Part shown: positions 1 to 11,124 of the stretch, in pieces | Layout of the letters: each line of letters begins with the position of its first letter | Position numbering within the stretch: the stretch's first letter is position 1 | Source: Bilabrum cf. latius | Lineage: Eukaryota | Reading direction: 5' to 3' | DNA: 64,000 nt | Assembly: GCA_965178125.1 (NCBI GenBank) | Contig: OZ237755.1 | Location: 310,001 to 374,000, forward strand | Notes under the pieces: generated by a model | Database searches by the model: none | The model's input: only the letters and a program-made list of their open reading frames with translations | Told to the model about the DNA's origin: nothing | Translations under genes and position numbers: made by a program

Positions 1-655
1 GAACATTTAGTCTCCCCAGGAGAACATGCTGCAGAGCATAGAGGACGAGCTGGCCAGGAAGAGGCTCCTGCCCGCCAGGGAGGCCGCGATGACGAGGGCT
101 GTGCGCGGCGCCGACGCAGTTCCGCATGGCGAAGACGCCATCGAGCTTTCTTCGCATGTCGCGGCCGGAGCCGCTGCCCCGAGGGATGGAAGCACAGCAG
201 AGAGGGGGGGGTCGGCGAAGCAGGGACAAGGCCCCCAGACGCCACCCCAGGTGCCCCCGCTGAGGGGTCGCTCCAAGGGATCCAACGCAGACTCGGAATC
301 AGATGCGGGAGGCGCTGCGAGTCCCGGGTTGCGCACACTCCTGCCGCACAGTATGCCGGGGGTCGATCGGGGCCCGGCGGCTGCGGCATCGGGTGGCTTG
401 CCTGTCGCTACTAGCGGTGCGGGTCGGTCGCGCGGAGGCTCACTCACAGTGGTTCCGGCAGTGCGCCTGGACAAAGCGGGCCAACGTGGTGCCGGTGGTA
501 GGGTTACTCACCACGGCGATGTTACGGTGCAGGTGTCTGCGAGGAGGGGAGACACCAGCAACGGAGGCGGAGGGGGAGCGGGGAGCAAAGGGGGCGAGGC
601 GGGCATCGTGCGGCGGCTATCGCCCAGGTCCCACGCCTCCCCGAGAGAAAATTGA
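1..655 (+). CDS. 3' end of an unknown low-complexity protein (5'-truncated by the window)
   Basis: The frame of ORF 26..655 is open to the window start except for an in-frame TAG at 8-10. Ends TGA 653-655. No recognisable domain. Confidence 0.55.
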
Positions 656-837
656 GAAAAAATGAATTCGCAACTTCGCTGTAGACCCTATCAGAACCAC
701 GGGGGGATTATTTGCGCGTTGAACAGCTAAAGCCGAAGTGCATATAAGCAAGCAACAAGCAGCAATCCTCCTGAGCCAAATCCAGTGGCAGCCAGACTCT
801 CCCGCCTTAGGAGGTCCAGACGGGGTGGAGCGGCAAA

Positions 838-3800
838 TCACGCCAGCTGCACCTGCAAGACTGATCCTGTTGGCACGGAGGCCGGAGCAGCCAGCCCAAC
901 GAGCAGCATGCCGCTGGCCTGCTTCGTGGTTGCGACAGCGACCGACTTGCCGTCGAGGGTCACCATCGCGCTCGCGCTGCTCGTCTCGATAACGAGGTTC
1001 TGGACGGTGACTGAACCGTACGATACCTTCCAGCTCACAGTACCACCCGCCCCTCTTCCACTGACCGCGGGGCCCTGGGTACTCGCTCCACACCCGCACG
1101 AGGGAGGGCGACCAGCTGCATCCGCGGCGGGCGGTTGCATGCTCGCCTGTCCCCAGCCGCTGTCCGTGGTGAACCAGCCGCAGAAGCTTCCGTCAGCAGC
1201 AAGCACCCGCGGAGCGATGGTCATCTGCAGCGCCGGCTTGTTCCAGCGGATGCCGGCCGCCAGTTCGAGCAGTGCAAAGCCGCTCATGGGTCTGGAGTAG
1301 TACTGCCCGCACTCGATCTCGTTCACCACGCTGCGGCGGGTGCCATCCTGCCTCGCACGCGTGTCAAGCAGCATCTGCTTCCACACCGCGTCGGTCCCCG
1401 GGGTGCCACAGGCGAGAGCAAGGCCGGCCATCGGGTACTCGATGCCGCTCCAGGCGGCCTCTGAAGTGTACAGCAGCGGCTTCGGCGGGGGCTTAGAGTC
1501 GGGCCAGGTGGCAATGTACAGCCCGCTGTCGCGCTCGTCGTAGAACTTGCGAGGGTGTTGGTCACTAGGATTGAATCCATCGCGATGATTTGCCCCGAAC
1601 ACGCCTGCCACCGCCGTGGCCACATGATCGGCTGGCAGCAAGTCACCCAGATCCAGGATGTACGCCCACCACTGGCCCAGCAGCTGGTCCGTGAACGCAC
1701 CATCCGTGAGCTCGTTCACGTGGTGCTCCGGGTCCGTGACCTGGGTGTACCACTTGCCGTTGGTAAAGCAGAGAGTGTCTAGAGTTTTGGAGCCTAGCTG
1801 GAAGCGCGCACCGTACTTTGAGGCAGAGGCCGAGTCCCCAGCCAGCTTGGCCATTTCCTCGCAGGCTCGCAGGCCGCACAGATACAGTGCGCTCATGAGC
1901 GTGTTCACGCCGTACAGGGGGCAGTCATACGTAGAGGGTTGCGGCCCTCGAACCACGCCGTCTCCCTTCAGGTCAAGCTCGGTCATCCACCTCTCGATGA
2001 TGCGCTGGCATTGCGGCCAGGACGCCGCGAAGAACGGGTCCTTCATCGCGGGAGATGACGTGGCGATGAGAACCTCTCTGTAGGTCTTGAGCACCGTGGA
2101 CATCTCACCGTCGGTGCATATCGTCTGGGAATCGGGGCTGACCTCGGTGTACTTGGGCCAGAAGGACCAGATGCGCCGGAGCTCGAGCGGGACGATTGTC
2201 CGGGACGGAATGATGGCGTTGGGAGCGATCTGCTCGTGCAGGTCCACGTACCGCATGGACCTCTCCAGGTCAGGAAACAGCTTCGTGAGCGTCTGCTCGT
2301 ATCCCCAGACGTGCGTGCAGTTGAGCGGGCAGCAGCCCTCGGTCGCATTCGAGCCCTCAAAGCCGTACATCCTGCCATCCTTGGCCACGAAGCACGTCCC
2401 CGATCGCAGCACAGATGCGCGAGGGGCTGCCGAATCCAGAATGTACCATGGCAGCGTGCTCCCGTCGTACATGGCGCTTTGGAAGGCCTTCGTCTGCTGC
2501 AAGAGCGGGTCGGCATTCGCAGCAATGCCCTTGAGCAGGGCGCTCATGTCTGCCCACTGCAGCGAGTAGCCCGCCCCCACCTTGAGGTTGCTCATCTCGG
2601 TGTCGTTGAGGCCAGGCTGGCGCCAGGTGACTTCGCGGTTGGGAAAGTGCCACGCCAGAAAGAAGCGCACCGTCTTGGTCTCGCCCGCAGCGAGATCCAC
2701 AGTCGCCGCCACTGCCCCGATCCACGACTGCCCGTCAGGGCTCGGCCCCTGCCTGCCTGAGCCGGGCAGGGCGCCATGCCCTGCCACGAACGTCTCCCAT
2801 GCCTCCACGCAGGAAGCGGCCTGGGGCAGGACGGTCACGGTGGCGCCGGCACCATCCGGACTGCATCCAGCGGCGCAGCAGCCTTGTTCACCGTCACCAG
2901 AGGCAGAGGGCACGTCCACGACCCCGATCGCCAAGGTGCCATTGAACTGGTCCGTGGGACGGGCTGAGGTCTGAGTCATCGTCACGGCGGTGAGGCCGCT
3001 GGTGAGATTCACCACGGAGGCGGCGTTTCCGCCCAGCAGGCCCTCGCCTGTCAGGGGTTCAGTGACCCCGCCCTTCAGGGGTGTGACGCCGTCCCAACCT
3101 GCCGTGTTGGCCTGCGTCTGCAGGATGGCAGCAGTCATGGGCGCCGCGTTCGTGTTCTTGAGCGTGTAGGTCACGAAGACCGCCGGCATCTGGCTGTTTT
3201 TGGAGTCGAGGGGAACGAACACAGACGAGTAGTCTGCCGTGACTTGCACGCCGTTCGTTTGCGCCACATCAAAGTTTGCGCTTACGCAGGGGAACTTGGC
3301 CTCCATCACGGTGCCCCCGCTCAGGTGAGGGACGGCGTTGGCAACGTCGATGGAGCTCTGCGGCACCACGTGATCCTGGGTCATGGGCGCTGGTGTCCAC
3401 CCCGATTGGTCGTAGTTCTGGTCGTCTAGCAGCAGCGCGGCTGTCTCTGAGATGCCTGCCACTGCTTCTGGTTTCGAAGCGCTGGCAGCCTTGCAGCAGC
3501 CCTACGCATCGCCGGCAGCAGCAGCCATCAGATCTGCATCGCTTGAGGCAGCAGCGCGTGCCGCCTTGGCTTCGAACGAGGCACCTTTCACGTGCAGTCC
3601 GAACACACACCCAGGGACCTCCCCGTTCGGAGCCACGCACCCATTGACCTGCCACTGTCTCCAGCCCCCGTCGCCCGCGAGACTCACGCCGCCGCCCCCG
3701 ACAGACCCGAAGTTGTATTGGAAGGCTCGCAGAGCTGTGGTCTTGTACGTAAACTAAGGCTAGTCAGGATTGCCTTGGAATCGCTCGGCACGCAGGCCCT

Positions 3801-4643
3801 TGCCCTCCGAAGGGCCCACGCCCGGAAACCACTGCCCGCCCTCGCTCGGCTTGAAGCAGCATCCGCCCTCGCTCGGCTTGAAGCAGCATCCGCCCTCGCT
3901 CGGCTTGAAGCAGCATCCGCCCTCGCCGCTCGTCGTGCTTGCAGACGGCCCGCAGCAGCCGCCTGCCGCGCACCCACGCGATGCTCCTGGGGACGGCGAT
4001 CCCGAGTCTCCGCCGCAGCCTGACGACGGCTCGCACGACTGCAGCCCGCCCGCCCCTGTGGCGCTGCGGCCGCAGCAGGCCCTGGCCCTTGCCTGGCTCG
4101 CGAGCTGCACAGCCTCCGCGGCTGCGTGAAGCTTCTCCCTCGCCTCCGCAGTCAGCGGTTCTGTATTCGTTCCATAACCTCTAGGGGCTCCGAGCGTCAT
4201 GTCTGGCGAACGAGACGAGCAGGAGGGCTGGGCAGCGCAGCAGCTCGTGGACTCTCGCTCGGTCGTGGCACAACAAGTGGCTGGCACTCGGTGCATCTTC
4301 AAACGTAAAACGCCACCCTCGGCGTGGCTTTGCACGCTTCTAAGTTCATCGTCATCTGCGATACAATGTGTGCCAGGCCAGAAAGACGTGCGCACCTAAT
4401 AGAGACTCGAAAATAATCAAGGATCGTTCCAAGATCCGGGTTAGCCTCACTTTGCACTTGTGCTCCCGTCTTCGCGCACGTAATACTAAACGTGCCCAAT
4501 TTGGCTCCAATGGCTCTCCTGGCGTCAGTCATGAGGCCACGATAGGAGCCGTCGCTGCACTGGAACCTGTACATGGATCCATCGACGCTATCTTCGATCT
4601 TGACCCGAAGGCTATTTGGCCTTCCACAAGCGTCAGCGTCCAT
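838..4643 (-). CDS. GH116 beta-glucosidase/glucosylceramidase (GBA2-like) with N-terminal PB1-like and Cys-rich segments
   Basis: ATG 4643, predicted intron 4356-4450, in-frame TAGs at 3760, 3754 and 3502, TGA 838. GH116 motifs: FGSVGGGGVSLAGDGGWRQWQV, FFLAWHFPN, GFEG..CCPLNCTHVWGY, STYD, DQLLGQW, EAAWSGIEY, ECGQYYSRPMS. Confidence 0.85.
3836..3926. repeat. 27-bp coding tandem repeat x3.3 (SEGGCCFKP)
   Basis: ccgccctcgctcggcttgaagcagcat repeated three times plus a partial copy. Confidence 0.95.
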
Positions 4644-4832
4644 TTTTGAAGTGATTTCTAGATTTTCAAAGGTTCTAGCCGAGAATCCTGAGCTTTTCTG
4701 GACGAAGTGTTGTGTAATCCGTCCAAGCGTAGTAGTTGCACGCCGGCGGTCTGTTGCTCCGATTGCCCGGGGGGCCCGGGCCGAATGTGAGGCATTTGCC
4801 ACACTACCGAACCGAAACACTTCTCACTTCTC

Positions 4833-6534
4833 ATGCGGACCGTTTCCGTGTTGTTAGCAGCTGCAAGCGCCTATGCAAGCGGATCGGAGTTCTCCGTTTC
4901 CATCAACGGCAGCGCTACTCCGCACACAGTCGCAGATGCCTTCGTTGGATTCACCACCGACTATTGGTTAAACAATGGGCCCTACGGCGATAAGTGGGCA
5001 CCGGACGGTGGAATCTTGACTCTCAATTTGTCGGACCCCAGGCTGATTAACTTGGTGGAGGCAGTCACTCCAGCGACGTGGAGAGTCGGAGGTACGCCCG
5101 CCGACTCGGTTGTGTACGTGGTCGGGTCCTAGACCGAGTGTCCCGACGTGGAGAACCCGCCGCAGAAGCCATGGCCGCAAACAAAGTGCCTCACGATGGA
5201 CCGCTGGCAAGAGATCCAAGACTTCCGGGCCAAGACAGGAGTTGAGCTGTTCTATGGCCTGAACGGTCTCTACCACCGGCCCAACAAGCAATCACCCATG
5301 TCGACAGACAATCTGGAAGCCCTGTTGAAGTTTGCACTGGAGCACAGCAGCTCTGTAACTGCGTTTGAGCTCGGGTGAGACATGCGGTGGCAGTGGCCGC
5401 CCCCATGGGGGTCAGCTTGCGTCCACGCTGCCATTTAATTTAGTCTTGTACCACACAGTGTTTTCCCTCCGCCAGCACGCCGAGCACTGCCACCGCAGGA
5501 ACGAGCTGGGCAACGGCGACTACAGGGCCAACCCCGTCGTCCTCGGCAAGGACACGGTCCGTGTCCGCGAGATCATCAACTCTGTGTGGACGAACGCAAC
5601 CACGCGTCCCCTCCTCGTCGGGCCAGACTCGAGTTTCTCGACTGCCTTCTTCAAGCCCTTTCTCGACACCTGCGCGCACGCGCTGAACTACACGACGTAC
5701 CACGACTACGTGTGCTCGTCGCACAGTAGCTCCTGCGCTGGTGACCTGACCAACCCTACTTCGATCCACGACGCCACCACCAACGGCCACCGCACCGCCG
5801 ACCTGGCCAGCCAATACCCAGGTCTGCAGGCCATGGCGGGCGAGGTGGGTCCCGCGTACGGCGGCGGCGTACCCGAGTGGTCGGACCGATACGCAGACAT
5901 GGTGTGGTACACCACTGTGCTCGGGCAACTGCGGAACGACGGGGTGCAGAGGTTCGCCAGGAGCACGCTCATCGGGGGGGACTACGAGCTCATCAACCGC
6001 ACCACCCACCTGCCGCACCCCTCCTACTTTACGGCCATGCTGCACGCGCGCACGATGGGTAGCACGGTTCTCACCGTGGATATCCAGGCCCAGGGCTCGG
6101 CCGAGGCCCACCTCTCGGATCTGAACGCCTTCGCGTCGTGCTCTGCCGCGGACCGCCTGCCCCGCAACCGGTGCGTGCAGCCGGGCGACAAGGGGGCGGC
6201 CACCTACTTGCTCGCCAATATCGGCTCCGGATCCATGGAGGTGTCCCTGCCGGGGAACAAGGACCCCCTGTGCGTCTGGCAGGTGCGGAGCAGCGCCGCC
6301 GCCGCCGCGTCCAGCTCCAGCCGTGTTGAGTCGTCGGCACTGCTGGCCTCTGACGGGGCCCAGTGGCGCTCGGGCAGCGGCAGCTGGGAGGACCTAGCTC
6401 TCGGCCCGGGGCCAGACTTCACCGTGCCGACTCTCAGCGACCCGCCCATGGTGCAGCCAGGCTCGCCGCTCCAGCTCGGGCCGTACGAGTACGCGTTCGT
6501 GGTAGCAGCCGGGGCAGCCTCCGGCCCTTGCTGA
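4833..6534 (+). CDS. Secreted GH79 heparanase/beta-glucuronidase-like protein
   Basis: Signal peptide, WRVGGTPAD, TAG 5130 read through. Intron 5375-5498 restores the FELGNE acid/base motif. Also LVGPD, AGEVGPAYGGG, FARSTLIGGDYELI. TGA stop. Confidence 0.88.
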
Positions 6535-6700
6535 GCGCGGGCAGCTTTCTTCGGAGGCTTGCGTTGTGCGATTGGGATGCATGTGATTGCACTTTTGAAT
6601 TGTGATTGCTGCATGGATGTCAATTCCGTATCGCTTGTCATGCATCTGTAAGTCGAGGATGACTCCATGCGAGTGAGCAGCACGCCCATCACCTCTCTCG

Positions 6701-6773
6701 GTGCCATCAGCGCTAGCGGGCCTACATGATCTTTGCATGTCGGTTGAACCGCCAGAACGTCATCGGGTAGCGC
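6701..6773 (-). promoter_or_regulatory. Eukaryotic type II SECIS element in the 3' UTR of the selenoprotein gene
   Basis: Minus strand reads ATGAC-GTTCTGGCGG-TTC-AA-CCGACATG-caaagat-CATGTAGG-C-CCGCTAGCGC-TGAT: AUGA/GA quartet, ~10-bp helix II, unpaired AA and apical mini-stem. Lies ~200 nt after the stop. Confidence 0.8.
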
Positions 6774-6971
6774 GCATCTCGCTGCATGTGGCCGTCCTGG
6801 GCACTGGACGCTTACAAGTAGGCAAATCCTCAGACAATCCACCGTGACGCACAGACAAGAGCACATCACGCGACACCACAGCCACCCTCACACGGGCAAC
6901 TACCCGCGATGTGAGTGCCCGGCACCGTAGCGAAGCCCTTGCACCGTGCTACTAGCTGCGCAGGGCAAATC

Positions 6972-7811
6972 TTAGCCCGACACATGCTTCTCGATCGCCG
7001 CAGTCACCTGAGAAGCCAGCTCGCCCTCGATGTCCACGGCGCGCAGCGCCTTGAACGGACGCGCCATCTTCGGAAGCGACAGCGGGATCTCCACCGTCTC
7101 ACCGCCCCGGGTCAGGCGCACCTCGAAATACCCGCGGCGAGGACGGACCTCAGGAAGACCTGGGTTGATCACGACCTCCACCCCGGGAGCGCTCGACGCC
7201 AGGCAAAGCTGTAGCTTCGCGGCGGAGCGCTTGAACACGCCTCATTGCTTGCAGGCTTCAATTTCCACAGCCACTGCCGCAGGCTTACCCTTCTTGGATG
7301 ACGTCTTGGCTATCGTTGCCTTGGCCTTTGACGCTTGAGCAGACGCACCGCCGGTGGCAGCGCCGGAGGCACCCCCAGCGCCAGAGCTCTTCGCCTTTCG
7401 GGCCTTCCCCACGGCAGAAGCAGCTGCGGGTTTTCCATCGGCATGCTCCGCGATTGCCGCAGTCACCTGAGAAGCCAGCTCGCCCTCGATGTCCACGGCG
7501 CGCAGCGCCTTGAACGGACGCGCCATCTTCGGAAGCGATAGCGGGATCTCCACCGTCTCACCGCCCCGGGTCAGGCGCACCTCGAAATACCCGCGGCGAG
7601 GACGGACCTCAGGAAGACCTGGGTTGATCACGACCTCCACCCCGGGAGCGCTCGACGCCAGGCAAAGCTGTAGCTTCGCGGCGGAGCGCTTGAACACGCC
7701 TCATTGCTTGCAGGCTTCAATTTCCACGGTCAGTCCAGACTTGGGTTCTTTCCGCGCAGCCTTTGGGCTCTTTGGAGATGAAAGTTGGGCCGATGCCTTG
7801 CGTTTTGGCAT
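6972..7811 (-). CDS. SELENOH: Selenoprotein H-like (Rdx family) with two tandem Rdx domains and two Sec codons, 279 aa
   Basis: Basic N-terminus MPKRKAS. VEIEACKQ-TGA-GVFKR occurs twice (TGA 7701-7703 and 7242-7244) = CxxU. INP...PRRGYFEV motif. Ends TAA 6972. SECIS downstream. Confidence 0.88.
6992..7728. repeat. Near-identical ~275-bp direct repeat, 459-bp period (Rdx domain duplication)
   Basis: ~6992-7268 matches ~7451-7727 with only about two visible substitutions. Confidence 0.93.
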
Positions 7812-8040
7812 TTGGTCTGACCGGTTAGGTAGAATGTGGGAAGATCGGTAGAGGCCACGTGTGCGCTGGATCAGGGATCCATCGTGCGGTGCACTTTCAC
7901 AGCTGCGCCGACTAATTTCGCGCCGAGTTGGCAAAGAAGGTGTCATGTCACATGCGGTGTGGTGGTAGATACACCAAGGAGAGTTACCACGCCCAATGAA
8001 ACTGCGGATCTTAACATGAACACTCTGGCATCTGCATCAT

Positions 8041-11004
8041 TCACTGCCTCCAGAGCGCTTGCCGGATTTCATCCGAGCCGTGTAGGTCGCCTTCTGGGGT
8101 CCCGGTGGCATCCGCAGAGAGCAGCTGCGCTCGCGCCACGTGGAGGGGCACCCCATTGACAGCAGGGCCGCCCCAATACGTCGGCGCGCGGTCCGCTGCA
8201 CTGTCCTTGCCCCCCATTTCACCCTCCACTGCGGAACCAACCGCGCGCGGCGCCGCGCCCGCGAGGAAGCCCATCCTCGCCCGATTGCTCTCCCGAAGGG
8301 CATCCACATCCTCCCCGCGCACCGAGTGCCCCAGCTCCGCCAACGCACTGGCGAGGGAGACCACAGCCTCGCGCGCTCCACTTCCCCTTCCTCCTCCTCC
8401 ACCCACACCGCTCCCCCCAGTCTAGTCTGCTGCAGGCATGGGCAGCACCGCGAGGGCATACGCGCACATCTCCGCCTCGTCCCGAGGCATCGCTGCCACG
8501 ATCCGGAGGGCAGCCGAGGCAGGGTCCGCCGGGACATGCGCCCCTGCCCCTGCACCTGCACCTGCGCCTGCCTCGCGCACCTCCATCCCCTCTCGCACCA
8601 GAGCTGCCATGGCCCCCGACACTCTGGCCTCGGCCTTGCCCAGTGCCCTAAAGTAGTCGTGCGTGTGTCCGTTGAGCCTGGAGGACACGTCTGGCCCCGG
8701 TTGCACCTGCTCCCTCATACGGAGGAACCACTCGCACGCCCTGCTGAGATCCAGGGCCACCTCGCTCCATTCCCTGCCGCTCTCGAGCTCGAGGGGCCCC
8801 CGCATCCCTCGGGAGGCGGGGGCCTCGCTCCTGCCTAAGCGAGAGGCCAACGGTTGTGATTGTGTTCCCTGGCGCGTCCCCTTCGATGCGCCTGCGTTGG
8901 GCTCGGCACGTTGCCCCGTCTCCTTGCGACTCATCAGCTGCTGCACCCCCTTGGGTGCTTCGCCCGAGCTCGCGCTCGCCATCAAACCGGTTAGGGCACT
9001 GCACCCAGATAGGTTCTCTCCCTCCGGGGCCATCTGCAGCGCCCTGCCAGCCGCGCCAGCCAGCAGCCTACCGTGCCTCGCGAAGTCTTGAGGCCTGGAC
9101 AACACAGGGATCACCACTCGCCTGCAGAGAACCCTCTCTGGCAGGCCAGCCACGGCCCCCTTCAGCTCCTTGACCAGCGCCACGCGAGAGGATACGTCGG
9201 CGTCTGCGTCCCGGGCGCATCGCTTCGATTCGGCCACTAGCTCATCGCGCCCCGCAACGATCTCCACCGCCGCGACTGCAGCAGCAGAGGCCCCATCCAC
9301 GGCTCGAAGCAGCCGCTCGATCTGCACCGCGCCTCGATCCAACACAGCACCAGGCTGGCTCGAACCAGCTTCCCCAGACGCGCTCGCGGCCCACTCCTGC
9401 GCCTTGCTGGCGGGAGGCCCGCTGCGGTCTTGCTGCTACAGGGCCTGTGCGCCATCCAAAGATGCAGCCGCCAGCTGCTGTGCCGCAGCAACCGCCTCGC
9501 CCAGCCGAAGGAGCATGGCCTTGGGAACAGACGAGACACCCGCCCCTGCCCGGGCATCCACCAGTCGCCTAGCATCCGTGCACGCGGCACGCAGTCGTGC
9601 TGCAGAAGCCTCCGCAGCGACCGACAGCATCTCGGCCTCCTCTGCGGTCCAGTGCAGGGTGCGCCTGTTGAGCTGCCTGGCGACCGCACCCGCCACGGGG
9701 ACTGCACCGAGGTGGTACGGGCAGTACGCCTTGTCTCGGATGCTCTTGCAGACCCCTTTCATCGACAGTGCTGCCGCTCCCGGCCCAAAAGCAGCCGCAC
9801 GGGATGGCAGAGAAAGCTTCGTCTCCTGCTCACCTGTGCTGCTTCGTCTCCTGCCAGCAGACGGTGCGTTCGAAGAGGCAGACAAAGAAGACGACGACGA
9901 CGTCGCAGTGGCGGTCGACAGCGCCTCTAGGGCCCGGGCGATCGCGAGATCAACACTCAGGGCCGCGGCCTGCCCGCGGTCCCGCTGCTTCTGCTCTTTG
10001 ACTCCCGTCGCCGCGCTGTCCCCCCGCACGCGCTGTCCGCTCGCTACGGCGCGCCAGTGGCCCCGCTGCAGCGACTGCGCCGCGTCCACAACTTCCAGCA
10101 ATCGACCGGGCATGCTACTCGCCATGCCATCCTTCGTGAAACCGTCCACGATCTCCCCCGCACGTCTCGCCAGGCCGGACACCTGATGCCTGGACAGCAG
10201 GTGCTCGCCGAGGCCCTCGCGGTGCGGCTCCATCGCGTCCCCGCCGGCTGCCATAAGAGCACGGCACACGGCCTCTACTTGCGGATCTAGCAGAAGGGCA
10301 GCGCGCTCTACATTCTTAACTTGAACCTGTCTGAAATGGATGCCGGGGCCAGACTCTCGCCTAGCAGCGGCCAAGGCTCGCTTCACTGGCCGGCAAACAT
10401 CAAGCCTAGCACTTGACAATCTCGTGGCTGCGGTAAGGACGGGGTCAATCGCTCGGCCAGTAGAATTCCATTCTAGCAGCGCACCAATTCCAGCCTCGGA
10501 TGCACTCTAAAGGGTCAAGGAAGCTGTCATAGAAGCCGATCGCGTCTCGACTGTTCGAGGCCGTTGTTTCAAGCGTCGACCCTCAGATTCCGGCCTTTTT
10601 GAGACGCCGCCTTCCAAGCCAGACTTGTACTATATTGATTGACTCTTGGGAAGAGCGGCCATGGGCCTCGCTGCGCCGGGGCTTGAGGTGAGGCATCTCG
10701 AAGGAAGCTTCCACAGCTTGCCACCAGAAGCAGGCGTTCCACTGTCAACTCGAACAGTATTTGGGGAAATCGTCTGCTAATTTAGAGACTTATTGACCCT
10801 TCTGTTCATTCCACCGAGTCCTTCATCTCTTGAACCCGTGCATACAGACGAAAATGACTTGACTGGTGGGAGATCGGCGCATCTCGCAGTGTGCGGCTGC
10901 AGCACCGTGCTTCCTTGCAGTTTGTGGATACCCTCTGACGTATCAGGGAGTCTCAAAGATCTAATGATGCACTGGCCAGCTCTAATACTGCCAGACCGTC
11001 TCAT
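8041..11004 (-). CDS. Unknown Ala-rich protein, ~990 aa (start uncertain)
   Basis: ORFs 10777..11253, 9436..10419, 8422..9345 and 8041..8406 share one frame, joined by TAGs at 10777, 10630, 10507, 9436 and 8422. Ends TGA 8041. Confidence 0.6.
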
Positions 11005-11124
11005 GTGTACAGCTGGACCGTCAAATGGAGTCTGTTGTTGTCGAACTAGTCTGGTTAACTGACTCTTTGTAACGTGACGTTTACCCCGAGCACGACCGGC
11101 GGCATTGGGCACGTCTGTGAAGCC

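Noticed and set aside
7242-7703. UGA reassigned to Trp or Cys
   Set aside because: In-frame TGA occurs only in the two CxxU motifs with a downstream SECIS. Elsewhere TGA sits at natural C-termini.
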